From a virus (Duplodnaviria > Caudoviricetes), in IMG/VR virus record IMGVR_UViG_3300038315_001936, positions 1-33,708 of that record: 33,708 nucleotides of DNA. One strand, 5' to 3'. The notes beneath the pieces were generated by a model. The model worked only from the letters and a program-made list of their open reading frames with translations. It did no database searches and had not been told where the DNA came from. Positions 16,614-26,947 of this stretch are shown piece by piece. The position numbers and the translations under genes were made by a program. Every line of letters starts with the position of its first letter. Position 1 is the first letter of the stretch.

Positions 16614-16972
16614 CAAAGCGTATCGCCTTCCACGTCACAAACAACGGAGGCGATACGCGCAAGCGGGCAAGAATTGAAGCAATGGCGGAGGACGGAAACC
16701 CTTCTGCCATTGCCGAACTAGCCAAGCAGGATGCCGATACCCCAAAACTCAAGCCAGAAGACCAGTTCTATTGGGATGCCTTTTGGAGACTAAATCGGGA
16801 TAGGGATTTTGGCATGGGGGAAGGATATATACCTTTCCAAGCCATCGACTGCTTCGCTCGCAGATATGACATAGACGATTGGGACTTCGAAGACCTCTTT
16901 TCCAACATAACCGCGATGGACACGGTTTACATGGAGGAAAGGGAAAAGAAGCGGCCCAAGGGTAAGAACTAA
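16601..16972 (+). CDS. -1 frameshift extension of tail chaperone (gpT-like)
   Basis: -1 frame is open from slippery site 16601-16607 into the 16682..16972 ORF (WDAFWRLNRDR...IPFQAI). Confidence 0.8.
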   Translation, partial: KKRLTKRIAFHVTNNGGDTRKRARIEAMAEDGNPSAIAELAKQDADTPKLKPEDQFYWDAFWRLNRDRDFGMGEGYIPFQAIDCFARRYDIDDWDFEDLFSNITAMDTVYMEEREKKRPKGKN

Positions 16973-17020
16973 CTCTCCGCAGGTCCGACTAAATACCGGA
17001 CCCTAGCGGAGAGTTTTTCT
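16971..17020 (+). promoter_or_regulatory. Terminator-like hairpin with TAAATA (16990-16995) in its loop and the tape-measure SD in its 3' arm
   Basis: AACTCTCCGC/GCGGAGAGTT and GGTCCG/CGGACC stems, T-run, then ATG 17021. Confidence 0.75.
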
Positions 17021-20000
17021 ATGAGCAATGAAGCGGTCCTAGTACAAGTAGACGGTAGTGGTGCCGTTAAAGCTCTGTCGCGGACAGAAGCTGCATTCAT
17101 TCGAAATGCAAGAAGCGCTGATAGCTTTGACCGCTCGCTAAGCCGACTTGATCGGACCTTCGCGCGCACAGAGCGCGCTTCCAAGTCGTCGGCAGATGCA
17201 TTCATTCGGACAGGTGCTGCCGCTCGCAAAATGACGGTGCACCTAGACGCCGCAAACAACAACGCGATCAAAACCAATTCCAGCCTCTTGATGATGTTCA
17301 AGACGCTTGGGCGTGCCTCGATAGCCGTAGCGGGGCTTGGACTGCTCACAGGGGGCGTAGCGGGGCTCACAGGGGCGATTACAGGCGCAGCGGACAAGAT
17401 GGCGCTCATGGAAGCGCGCTTGAAGGTCGCAATTGGCGCTAATGGGAATCTAGGCGCAGCGATGAACGAGGTCCGCAATATCGCGGACAAGACCCGAAGC
17501 GGGCTGGATGAGATTGGTACGCTTTATACCAAGATCGCTCGCAACTCCGAAAACCTAGGTGTTTCCCTAGGCCAAGTTGGTGGTGCCACACAGAACTTCG
17601 CGATGCTGTTGAAGGTGTCTGGTGCGACTGCGGGTGAAAGCGCTTCGTCCATCCTACAGCTTGGTCAGGCATTGGGTTCCGGCGTCCTAAATGGCGACGA
17701 GTTCAAGTCCCTGAGCGAGAACGCATCCGAGTTTATGAAGGTCCTTGCCAAGAGCATGGGCGTTTCCATCGGTCAGCTAAAGGCGCTTGGTGGCCAAGGC
17801 AAAATCACCGGGCAGGAAATCGTCAAGGCGCTGACGGACCCGAAAATCGTAGCCGACATTGAAAAGAACTTCGGCGCGCTACCAGTCACTTTTGCTGACT
17901 TCAAAACCGGTTTCGCCAACGCTGGCATGGGTTGGACTGCCGCCCTTATGCAGGGAATGGGCATTGACGACAGCAAGGCCGTCATGCTCGCCAAATTCCA
18001 ATCATGGGCGCGCGACTTAGAGCCAACCATCAAAGCGTTTGGTGCGCAGCTTTCGGACATGTTCGCAACGGTCCAGCCGATCTTTGCGGCAATCGGCAAC
18101 GTAGTAGGCCCAACGGTCAATCTACTAGCTACAAACCTCGGGAACGTAACCAAGTTCGCTGTAGCGGCAGGCGCTGGCTTCCTTACGTTCAAAGCAGGCA
18201 TGGCGGCGGCAAACGTCGCTGGTACGATTGGCCAGCTCATCAACTTGCAGAAGGCGCTTGGCGCTACCAGCACAATGAGCGCTGTCTTCAGCGTTGCAAT
18301 GAAGGCGGCGCAGGGAGCGGTAAACGGCTTCACTGCCGCATTGATGCTGAACCCGATTGTAGCCCTCGCTACGGCGGTGGTTGCAGCAGGTGTGGCGCTG
18401 TATCAGTTCAGCGACCAAATCCAGATTGGCACCAAGGGAATGGCTACCCTTGCTGATTGGGCGAATGTCGTTTGGGACGACATGATTGCTGGTATCACTG
18501 CCGTAGGTAACTGGTTCAGCAAGCTATGGGCCGACATTAGCAAATGGGCGTCGAACGCATGGAACACTATCACTGGTTGGTTTGGTCCAATTGGTGACTG
18601 GTTTGCGGGCATCCTAGAGCCTGTCATGGGCGCGTTCACTTGGCTCACTGACAATATCGACTTTTCGTTCTCAGGCATGGTGCGCTTCATTGCTCGCTAC
18701 GTCGATGTAATCATCAACTTCTTCGTCAACGGCGCGAAGCTGATTGGCAATGCGTTCACGGTCATTCCGCAGGCGATTGGTGCTGCGGTTACTGGTGCTG
18801 CGAACTTCGTAATCAGCGGCATTGAGAAGATGATAAACAATGCCATCAACGGCCTGAACAAGCTGATTGGATTGGCCAACAAAGTACCAGGCGTGAACAT
18901 CGGTTCAATGGACAGTGTGAGCCTAGGGCGCGTCAATGGCCCGGCAATGCCGTCCATGGGCGATCTAACGGCTGGCATGGGTTACAACAGCTATGTCGAA
19001 GGCTATTTTGACAGTGTGAATGAGCGCGCCGATAGTCGCGCAGCAATTCGCAATTCCCGACTAAGCAGCCCTTCTACCAACCCATCTGATCCATCCAATC
19101 CAAGCTCTCCATCGGTAGGCGGCAAGCAAGGTGGTAGCGGCAAGAAGTCGGAAACCGAAAAAGCGGCAGAAAAGTACGCTGAACTCATCCAGAAAATGAA
19201 GGATGAACTGAAGCTAGCTGGTATGCTCGGCCACGAAGCAGAGTTGTACAACAAGCAGCTTGAAGCCAAGAAAATCCTAGGTTCGGCATATGGCGACATT
19301 CAGGCGAAGGAAATTGAAAGCCTAGTCCAACAGACACGCCTAACGAGCGCGCTTACCGGAATGCGACAGGAAGCATTCGAAGCTAGCAATCAAGCTACCA
19401 TCAATTCCATGCGCCGCGTCGGTCTTTCCGAGCGTGAGCAGACAGTTGAAGATGCCCTTGCAAAACATCGTCTAGACGCGCTGAACAAGGGCGTCACGCT
19501 AGCTGAAATCCAAAGCGATGCTTGGAAGCTGGAAGAGCAGAAGCTGGCAACCATCCTTCGCCAGAACGCTGCTTATGACGAACAGCAGCGCAAGCTAGAA
19601 GACATGCAGAAGATGGGGCGTGACCTCATCGAAGAATATAACCGCAACGCGAACCCTCGAAGCGCGGCAGCATTCAACCGCAATGAGCGTGATGCTGCTA
19701 TTCGCTCAGCGCAACGTCCAGAGGATATTACTCCCGAGGTTTGGGTACAGAGGGTCGATGCAGCGCTCGCAGGGTCAGCACGTGAATTTGAAAAGGATAT
19801 GGCTGAAATAAGCCAAGCATTCCGTGACGAAGTTATCGGCGGTTTGGATCAAGTCGCTGACATTATCGGCGGCAAAATCGGCAACGCCCTAGTTGGATTG
19901 GCTGACGCGATTGACGCTTGGGGTGCTGCTCAACGCGGTGACTATTCGCAAGGAGGTTTGCTTGGTGGCGTGGCTCGCATGTTCGGTGGTCCTGAAGACA

Positions 20001-21433
20001 ACAGGAACGCATTTGGCAAAGCTATCGAAGGCGGAATTGGCCGCATGTCGCAAGGCATGGAGCAGGTATTCTCAGACCCGCTAAAGTCCATGACGGGAAG
20101 CCTGAAGGATATTACCAAGTCCTTCAATCCTGCTAATGGTGGCGGGCTTGTTCAAGGCATCGGCAACGTGGTGGGCGGTGCGATGCAGGGCGCAGCTATA
20201 GGCAGCGCTGTAGCTGGCGTGGGCAAAGCCCTGTGGGGCAAATTCAGTTCAACAGGTTCGCAGGTTGGCGGTGCGGTCGGAAGCATTTTTGGCCCGATCG
20301 GCTCGTTTGTTGGTTCGGCACTTGGCGGCATCGTTGGTGGCCTTTTCAAGAAGTCCAAGTACGGCACGGCAACAATCACCGCTGACGGCATCACGTCACG
20401 CGGCAACAGCGCGGGAAGAGTTGATGCGGCTGTAGAAAGCGGCAACTCCATTAACGACACGCTTGGCCGCATTGCAGAGACCCTAGGTGGTAGCGTTGGC
20501 AGCTTTGGTAGGCTGTCGATTGGTACCTACAAGGATAACTGGCGCGTCAGCACCACGGGGCAGACTGGTAAGCTATCTGGCCGAAGCAAGAACGAGCGCG
20601 CCAATGAAATCAATCAGGGCCTCTACAACTTCGGTAAGGACGGTCAGGAAGAAGCAATTCGCTTTGCGCTCAACGTAGCAATCGAGCGTGGCGCTATCAC
20701 TGGCATTCGCGCTTCAACCAACAGGTTGCTGAAGGCTGGCACTGACATTGAGGTACAGCTTGAGAAGGCGCTGAAATTCGAAACGCTGTTCAAAGACATG
20801 GCCAGCATGAAGAACCCTGTCGAGGGTGCAATCGCAAGCCTCAAGGGTGAATTCGATCAGCTTGGTGACCTCTTCCGTGAAGCAGGTGCGAGCGCTGCTG
20901 AATACGCAGAGCTTGAGGACTACAAGCGCCTGAAGATCAAGAAGTCGATGGAAGAGCAAACCGCTTCATTCCGTGACTTCCAAGACATGCTACGCGGTGA
21001 AGGCAGCGGCGTGAGCAGCGTTACGCGCCTTAACCGCATGATGCAGCAGTTTAGCGTTTTTGAAGCGGATATTCGCTCTGGCAAGACGGTAGACCAAAAC
21101 GCATTCACGAGCCTTGGCAGCGACATATTCAACCTGTCGCGTGATTTGTACGGCACCACTTCCTCGCAATTCCAGAACACCAGAAGCCGCCTAATGGGCG
21201 CAAGCGAACTTGCCGTGTCGCAAGTCGAAGCGAACTACGAAAAGCAGTTGGTGAACAGCGCTTCTGACACCAACGCTCACCTAATCCGCAACAATGATTT
21301 GATGAGCGAACAGACCGACGTTCTGCGCGAAATTCGAGACGCGGTGCAGGCTAATGGAAATGCAGCATCTGGTGGCGGCGGTTCACGCGCAGGCGTCAAC
21401 TACGGCGGCCGCAACTTGGTCAACTCCTACTAA
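17021..21433 (+). CDS. Tape measure protein
   Basis: 1470 aa, Ala/Gly-rich; QLGQALGSGVLNGDEFKSL tape-measure motif, W-spaced repeats. Confidence 0.95.
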   Translation: MSNEAVLVQVDGSGAVKALSRTEAAFIRNARSADSFDRSLSRLDRTFARTERASKSSADAFIRTGAAARKMTVHLDAANNNAIKTNSSLLMMFKTLGRASIAVAGLGLLTGGVAGLTGAITGAADKMALMEARLKVAIGANGNLGAAMNEVRNIADKTRSGLDEIGTLYTKIARNSENLGVSLGQVGGATQNFAMLLKVSGATAGESASSILQLGQALGSGVLNGDEFKSLSENASEFMKVLAKSMGVSIGQLKALGGQGKITGQEIVKALTDPKIVADIEKNFGALPVTFADFKTGFANAGMGWTAALMQGMGIDDSKAVMLAKFQSWARDLEPTIKAFGAQLSDMFATVQPIFAAIGNVVGPTVNLLATNLGNVTKFAVAAGAGFLTFKAGMAAANVAGTIGQLINLQKALGATSTMSAVFSVAMKAAQGAVNGFTAALMLNPIVALATAVVAAGVALYQFSDQIQIGTKGMATLADWANVVWDDMIAGITAVGNWFSKLWADISKWASNAWNTITGWFGPIGDWFAGILEPVMGAFTWLTDNIDFSFSGMVRFIARYVDVIINFFVNGAKLIGNAFTVIPQAIGAAVTGAANFVISGIEKMINNAINGLNKLIGLANKVPGVNIGSMDSVSLGRVNGPAMPSMGDLTAGMGYNSYVEGYFDSVNERADSRAAIRNSRLSSPSTNPSDPSNPSSPSVGGKQGGSGKKSETEKAAEKYAELIQKMKDELKLAGMLGHEAELYNKQLEAKKILGSAYGDIQAKEIESLVQQTRLTSALTGMRQEAFEASNQATINSMRRVGLSEREQTVEDALAKHRLDALNKGVTLAEIQSDAWKLEEQKLATILRQNAAYDEQQRKLEDMQKMGRDLIEEYNRNANPRSAAAFNRNERDAAIRSAQRPEDITPEVWVQRVDAALAGSAREFEKDMAEISQAFRDEVIGGLDQVADIIGGKIGNALVGLADAIDAWGAAQRGDYSQGGLLGGVARMFGGPEDNRNAFGKAIEGGIGRMSQGMEQVFSDPLKSMTGSLKDITKSFNPANGGGLVQGIGNVVGGAMQGAAIGSAVAGVGKALWGKFSSTGSQVGGAVGSIFGPIGSFVGSALGGIVGGLFKKSKYGTATITADGITSRGNSAGRVDAAVESGNSINDTLGRIAETLGGSVGSFGRLSIGTYKDNWRVSTTGQTGKLSGRSKNERANEINQGLYNFGKDGQEEAIRFALNVAIERGAITGIRASTNRLLKAGTDIEVQLEKALKFETLFKDMASMKNPVEGAIASLKGEFDQLGDLFREAGASAAEYAELEDYKRLKIKKSMEEQTASFRDFQDMLRGEGSGVSSVTRLNRMMQQFSVFEADIRSGKTVDQNAFTSLGSDIFNLSRDLYGTTSSQFQNTRSRLMGASELAVSQVEANYEKQLVNSASDTNAHLIRNNDLMSEQTDVLREIRDAVQANGNAASGGGGSRAGVNYGGRNLVNSY

Positions 21434-21436
21434 GTA
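21431..21436 (+). promoter_or_regulatory. TAAGTA late-type motif
   Basis: Overlaps tape-measure stop; CTCC just upstream could pair with the GGAG SD. Confidence 0.45.
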
Positions 21437-21452
21437 AGAGCGGAGGTACCTA

Positions 21453-21824
21453 ATGGCAATTGACCCTGATCGCGCCATCTTCGCGCAACGAGATTTAAGC
21501 TGGCAAGAAGCTCTAGACGATACTGTCAAAGCCGAACAGCCGCTTGCTCGCACCATCGAATTGGAAAGCGTGTTGACCGCCCCCGGCGCTGCTTACCTCG
21601 CCGCCGAGATATTGAACGACAATGACGAGGTAGCGCAGATTAACAGCTTCGATGTTGAAGGCGTGGATTTCATATCCGCCGCTTCATTCGCTGGCGCTCC
21701 ACCTATTTTCGACGCTCATTTCGATGGCTTCAGCCCTGATGATGGTGTGGACCTTCGCACCATCGAGGTCGCAATCGATTACGACACAAACACCACAAGC
21801 ATCATAGGAAAGGGACAGGTCTAA
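21453..21824 (+). CDS. Small tail-tip protein
   Basis: GGAGGT SD; synteny. Confidence 0.75.
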   Translation: MAIDPDRAIFAQRDLSWQEALDDTVKAEQPLARTIELESVLTAPGAAYLAAEILNDNDEVAQINSFDVEGVDFISAASFAGAPPIFDAHFDGFSPDDGVDLRTIEVAIDYDTNTTSIIGKGQV

Positions 21825-22609
21825 TGGCTGTATCTTGCTTTGTTAAACCTGTGCCCATGACCCTTGTGTCGGTTGGTTCACAGGCAACAAATGGCCCCGC
21901 TGTAAACCTCTTGAACGATCTTCCAGACATGGTTTGGCGAACAGACGCTGTGACTAGTAGTGACATCATTCTCACCGTGCCGGCTGGAACGGTGGTTGAT
22001 TGTATCGCCCTGCTCTTCAGCAATCTGCGCAGTACGGATCGGGTTCGTGTTCGGGCGGCAAACTCGACAACCGCAACCATCAACAGTCCAGTTTTCGATT
22101 CCCGCGATCAAATTGCGTATGAGGGCGTGAAGGCTGACAATTTCAAAACGAAAACGATCATCTTTGCGCCAGACGTAACAGCGACACACTGGCGCATAAC
22201 GGTAACGGCAACGAACCATCCCGATGGCTTTATTCAGGCCAGCCGCATCGTCATTGGAAAGAGCGTCAACACCACGCATGACATGGATTATTCATGCAAG
22301 CAATTCAGCCGTAACCAGAGCATCGTCACCGAAGGCAATGGCTGGGAAACTGTAGAGCATTACGATCCACTGCCGGGATGGACTGTCAAATTCTCCTACA
22401 TTCCAATGGACGTTTGGAAGGACATATTTTTCCCCTTCCTGCACTCGGCGAGTAACAGCAAGCCTGTCTTGTTTGTTCCTGTACCGGACCAACCGAAAAC
22501 GTGGCAGCATGAAGTTGTTTACGGAAGAATGAAGGTAGAGCCGGGCGGCGATTGCGACCATTACGATGGTTGGAGAACTGAGCTAACTGTGATCGGGCTG
22601 GCATCCTAA
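21824..22609 (+). CDS. Putative distal tail or baseplate protein
   Basis: Coupled to upstream stop; beta-rich with WRT...HWRI pattern; synteny. Confidence 0.7.
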   Translation: MAVSCFVKPVPMTLVSVGSQATNGPAVNLLNDLPDMVWRTDAVTSSDIILTVPAGTVVDCIALLFSNLRSTDRVRVRAANSTTATINSPVFDSRDQIAYEGVKADNFKTKTIIFAPDVTATHWRITVTATNHPDGFIQASRIVIGKSVNTTHDMDYSCKQFSRNQSIVTEGNGWETVEHYDPLPGWTVKFSYIPMDVWKDIFFPFLHSASNSKPVLFVPVPDQPKTWQHEVVYGRMKVEPGGDCDHYDGWRTELTVIGLAS

Positions 22610-22615
22610 GCCCAA

Positions 22616-22621
22616 TAAATA
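22616..22621 (+). promoter_or_regulatory. TAAATA late-type motif
   Basis: Overlaps 5' arm of TACCGTG/CACGGTA hairpin that reaches into the SD region. Confidence 0.68.
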
Positions 22622-22649
22622 CCGTGGAAAAAAGCACGGTAGGTAACAG

Positions 22650-25600
22650 ATGGCTCGCACATTTCTCGTTGAAGTAAAACCATACAACAATGTCACTAAC
22701 CAACGAGTAACGGTTCGACTTTCCAAAGCCGGAACGCATGGTGTTGTGATCGATGGTTCAGCCTATCAATGGCACCCGCTGGTAACTCAAATTCCTACCG
22801 TCAGCTATCTGCTTCAGAGCAGGAATGGCGTAGGCGGCTTTGACACAGGCTACGGCCCTTTAGGGCTTACCTATCCATACGGCCACAAGCTGGACGATGG
22901 AACGGATTTCGACACGCTCAAAACCTACGATTGGGATGGTGCGGAATGCAAAGTCTGGATGGGCGACAATGAAGCTGATTTCAGCACTTTCACTCAAATC
23001 CTTGAAGGTCGATGCGGACCGCTATCATCGGAAGGCACACAGGCGACAATCGTATTTCGTGGGCCAGCCGCCGACCTAGACAAAGACCTTTTGAGCAAGA
23101 GCTATGGCGGTTCGGGCGGTGCAGAAGGACGCGCCGACATAAAGGGTGTGCTGAAGCCTTGGTGTTCCGGCGTCGCACTTAACATCACCCCTAGACTGCT
23201 CGACCCATTGCAGCAGGTATATCAGTACCACGGCTATGGACCCACGCAGGGCGTCACGGCGGTATATGAGAATGCGGTGCGCCTAAAGCCTGCAACGGCT
23301 GTCGTTTCCACCTTCGCGCAGCTTGTAGCTCTGACGCTGGCAGAAGATGAATGGGCAGTCGCACCACCCGTTGGTATGTTCAGGCTAGGCGGCGAACCCG
23401 TTGGCCTCATCACGGCAGACGTTGTGGGTGCGACTGATGGTGCGGCTGTACCCAAGCGCGCTGGAGCCATTTGCGCCCATCTAATGAAGGCACAGGCAGA
23501 TATAATCGCAAGCAAGCTATCAAGCGCCACGGCCCTTGATAATGCCTTCCAGCACGATCTAGCAGGCTTTTACGTCACTGAGCAGATGACGGTTGCAGAT
23601 GCAGTCAAACAGATCCTTGAAGGCATCAATGGCTACGTCATTCCAGATGGCCAAGCCAACTGGATCTTCGGCAGAAACCAGAACACCAAGACGCCAATCT
23701 ATATCGACAGGTCGCGCTCCACACTTCCGCTAATTCGACCAAACACCCTGAAACAAATGGACGGCCCTACCCGCGCTTACAAAGTCCGCGTTGGCAGTGA
23801 CCGAAACTGGACCCCGCAAAGCAACATAAGCGATGCAGTGCGCGAGGCGCAGAGAGATATTCAAGCAGCGTCAAACGTCGCGGCAGAAGCGTTTCAGGAC
23901 GCGCAAGAGCTTATTGCGAGGGCTGATGAAGCCGCTGCTGACGGAAAGCTAGTAGGTGTTGAAAAGAAGGACCTGTTTAGGTCGCTGTCCGAATTCAGCG
24001 CCGAGAAGAGCAGCCTTGAAGCGCAAGCCAATGACCTCGGTATCGCTACCGAGAAGGACGACTACATTGCAAAGTACAATGCGCTGAATACCTACTTCAA
24101 CAGCATGACGCCCCCGCTGGTTGATTACAGCGAACCGACAACGATCGTGCGCGCAACGCTCCTGCAAAAGCTCGCTGATTTCACCAACGCAAGGACAGCC
24201 TTGCTTGTCCGCATTTCAAGACGCGCTTCTGAAGTTGGAAACGCGGAAATCTATGATCCAATGGTCTACGCTACGGCGGCTGACTTCAACGCCTTCTGGG
24301 GTGCTGCTCCAAGCACACAGATTGTCACCACAACATCAATTGGTGGTCGAGCAATTCAGGTTGGCGACAACGCTGGAAACGACGTTGTAAACATCGCCCC
24401 GAACCAATGGCTGAACTACCACAGCGAAGACTTGTACGAGGTCAAATTCGAACTTGAAGTTGTGGCGGCAGACCCTTCAGCGAAAATGTATCTCGGCGTG
24501 GAAGCGCAGGATAACAACGGTCAAAACCTAGGCCAGACTTACAATTATGTCGCTGTCAGCAATGGCACCATGTCAGCCACTCTCGGGAAGAAAACCTATA
24601 CCGGATATTTCCGCGGTCTGACCGGCGCGACAACGTCTGGCACTAGTAATGACAGGGCAAACCCCGTTGCAATGCCATCCGGTACTGTTCGCATTCGACC
24701 ACGCATCTGGATTGGCTATCCAAGCAATGCCCACCGCACGATCATCCACAGCGTTCAGCTTCGCAAGATCGAGGATGCTACGCTGTCTTTCACCGGCGCT
24801 TGGTCTTCGTCGCGCTCGTACTTTGTCAATGAAGCCGTAACCTACAGCGGGCGCACGTTCTCTTCAAAGACGAACGGGAACATCAACAATCCACCACCCT
24901 CGACAGCCACCAGTAACACTCACTGGACGTTGGTTGCTGATCGCGGCGAGGACGGCATACAGGGCGAGGAGGGCGCACCGGGCTTCCGTACGATGCTTGT
25001 GCCACTTTACCGGCGCGCAGCTACCGCCCCTGCTCGGCCTACAGTCACAACCTATTGGAAGTTCGCTACCAATCCACCAACGCTGCAGGGCAGCTTGAAC
25101 GGCTGGTCAGTCACCCAACCATCATCAAATGGGCAACCGCTTTGGACTACTCAGGCAACTGCTAGCTGCCTTGCGACTGAAGACACTGCACCGATTGATG
25201 CGAGCGCGTGGTCTACCCCTACTCTTTTGGTACAAGACGGTGCGCCCGGTGCGCCGGGTCCAGCCGGTCCTGCAGGGCCATCTGGCAATGAGGCAGTAAC
25301 TCCAATCCTTAAGCCACCGGCAATGACGCTGCCGAGTTATGCAAATGGCTTGTCACCGAACTTCTCAGGCGCATCTACCACCGTCCAGCTTCTTGCTGGC
25401 GGAACCGATGTTTCAAGCAGCTTCACGCTTTCAATTGTCAGCAACCCTCAGAACCTGACAACGAGCATTTCCGGCCGCACGGTAACAGTTACCGGCGCTG
25501 GTACGGCTTCAGGGCAGTTCGGCAATGCGAACGTCACCAACGCTAGCCTGACAATTCGTGCAACCGGTTCTGGCGCGTATGCGGGTCGCACGTTTGACCA

Positions 25601-26507
25601 AGTGTTTCACCTTGGCAAAATCAAAGGCGGCTACGAAATCCTCGGTAGCTTACCAACGTCGAACCTCTTTGAAGGTCGAATGGTCTTCCGGACGAGCGAT
25701 AATAAGCTCTACACTTACACAGGCAGCGCGTGGGTTTCGAGCATCGACAGCGCGACGCCAATTCCCGGTGGGCAGCTTGTTGCTGGTTCTGTGCTGACCA
25801 ACGCGCTTGGTGCGGGTGTCGTGACAGCGGCGAAAACGAACATCACAGAATTGTCCGCGATCACTGCCGACATGGGTACGATACGAGCGGGACAAATCAT
25901 CTTCAACCATGCTGGTTTCATGCGTGTCCAAGGCATCGGCTTTGGCAGCAATAGTCAGTTCTTCGAATGGTTTGGGCCTTCTCAGTCCAGTATAAACAAC
26001 TGCACCGAAGCGAACGCGATTACCTACCTCAAAACGAATGGCGATGCCTATTTCGGCGGCACATTGTCGGCTGGCATTATCAGGAACTCGGCGAGATCAA
26101 CTCAGGTGTCTGCAGACGCTTCCGCTTCCACAGGCCAATTTGCCTCAAACGGTCGCCAAAGAGTAGTGGTTGTTTCTTACACCAGCAACAGAAACGTCAG
26201 CATTTCTGGCGCGTGTAATGGTTCAGGCAGTCCGTCTGCTACAATCCGCCTCAAGCGCAATGGCGCAGTAGTCGCAACTTGGTCGACCAGTGGCAACGTG
26301 TCGTGTGAACCCGGCTTTGGTGTTGAAGAACCCGGACGCTGGAATGAGCAAATGGGTACCGCTTGGACCTACACGGACAACAGCGGCGGCACCTCAATCG
26401 AATACACCGTTGAAATCGTATCTCGTACCTTATCAACGATCCCGTCAACGCCGCGAGGACAGGTTTCTCACTTCCAGTCCATTGGGGTCATTTCGACAGA
26501 AGAATAA
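22650..26507 (+). CDS. Tail tip hub or central fibre (host-specificity) protein
   Basis: 1285 aa; hub-like N-terminus, CBM5/12-like GAWSSSRSY..VTYSG..HW, short G-x-y repeats, ELSAITADMG motif. Confidence 0.85.
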   Translation: MARTFLVEVKPYNNVTNQRVTVRLSKAGTHGVVIDGSAYQWHPLVTQIPTVSYLLQSRNGVGGFDTGYGPLGLTYPYGHKLDDGTDFDTLKTYDWDGAECKVWMGDNEADFSTFTQILEGRCGPLSSEGTQATIVFRGPAADLDKDLLSKSYGGSGGAEGRADIKGVLKPWCSGVALNITPRLLDPLQQVYQYHGYGPTQGVTAVYENAVRLKPATAVVSTFAQLVALTLAEDEWAVAPPVGMFRLGGEPVGLITADVVGATDGAAVPKRAGAICAHLMKAQADIIASKLSSATALDNAFQHDLAGFYVTEQMTVADAVKQILEGINGYVIPDGQANWIFGRNQNTKTPIYIDRSRSTLPLIRPNTLKQMDGPTRAYKVRVGSDRNWTPQSNISDAVREAQRDIQAASNVAAEAFQDAQELIARADEAAADGKLVGVEKKDLFRSLSEFSAEKSSLEAQANDLGIATEKDDYIAKYNALNTYFNSMTPPLVDYSEPTTIVRATLLQKLADFTNARTALLVRISRRASEVGNAEIYDPMVYATAADFNAFWGAAPSTQIVTTTSIGGRAIQVGDNAGNDVVNIAPNQWLNYHSEDLYEVKFELEVVAADPSAKMYLGVEAQDNNGQNLGQTYNYVAVSNGTMSATLGKKTYTGYFRGLTGATTSGTSNDRANPVAMPSGTVRIRPRIWIGYPSNAHRTIIHSVQLRKIEDATLSFTGAWSSSRSYFVNEAVTYSGRTFSSKTNGNINNPPPSTATSNTHWTLVADRGEDGIQGEEGAPGFRTMLVPLYRRAATAPARPTVTTYWKFATNPPTLQGSLNGWSVTQPSSNGQPLWTTQATASCLATEDTAPIDASAWSTPTLLVQDGAPGAPGPAGPAGPSGNEAVTPILKPPAMTLPSYANGLSPNFSGASTTVQLLAGGTDVSSSFTLSIVSNPQNLTTSISGRTVTVTGAGTASGQFGNANVTNASLTIRATGSGAYAGRTFDQVFHLGKIKGGYEILGSLPTSNLFEGRMVFRTSDNKLYTYTGSAWVSSIDSATPIPGGQLVAGSVLTNALGAGVVTAAKTNITELSAITADMGTIRAGQIIFNHAGFMRVQGIGFGSNSQFFEWFGPSQSSINNCTEANAITYLKTNGDAYFGGTLSAGIIRNSARSTQVSADASASTGQFASNGRQRVVVVSYTSNRNVSISGACNGSGSPSATIRLKRNGAVVATWSTSGNVSCEPGFGVEEPGRWNEQMGTAWTYTDNSGGTSIEYTVEIVSRTLSTIPSTPRGQVSHFQSIGVISTEE

Positions 26508-26567
26508 CAAGGATGGCTTTGGCATAACGCGCCAAGGCCATCGTGTCCTCGTTCCCCCATGCCAAAC

Positions 26568-26573
26568 TAAATA
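26568..26573 (+). promoter_or_regulatory. TAAATA late-type motif in a hairpin loop
   Basis: CCATGCC-aaacTAAATAcc-GGCATGG; ATG 26579 lies in the 3' arm, 5 nt after the motif. Confidence 0.72.
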
Positions 26574-26578
26574 CCGGC

Positions 26579-26947
26579 ATGGCGAACCAAACTATCACAG
26601 AAGAGACCATTACGGTCCATGGGCGCGGCTCACTCTCACTGCCCTACAAGGTGCAGACCGCGAGCGGTGAGCAAGTCGATATTTCGGATTGGGTTATCTA
26701 CTTCGAAGTAGACGGCAATCCCTACCCGATCAGAGAGCCATTGGTTCCCGATCCCAATGACCCAATGGGGCAAAGGATCGTTCTCGAACGCGCACAAGTG
26801 GCGATGCTTACGAAGTCGCCAATGCGCTTTTCAGTCATCGACGAAACCAACATCGAAGACGATCTACCTTACGTTCTATGGGCAGGCACCATCAAGCGCA
26901 CTGGATACGTCGGAGAGCCAGATAATTTACCAGATGCGGGGGACTAA
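26579..26947 (+). CDS. Putative fibre adaptor or baseplate protein
   Basis: Start reassigned to ATG 26579 (MANQTIT...); beta-rich, VDISDW pattern; coupled to next gene. Confidence 0.7.
   Translation: MANQTITEETITVHGRGSLSLPYKVQTASGEQVDISDWVIYFEVDGNPYPIREPLVPDPNDPMGQRIVLERAQVAMLTKSPMRFSVIDETNIEDDLPYVLWAGTIKRTGYVGEPDNLPDAGD

Noticed and set aside
16969-21180. Many antisense and alternate-frame ORFs inside the tape measure and other structural genes
   Set aside because: Shadow ORFs expected from codon bias; no SD, motifs or independent support.
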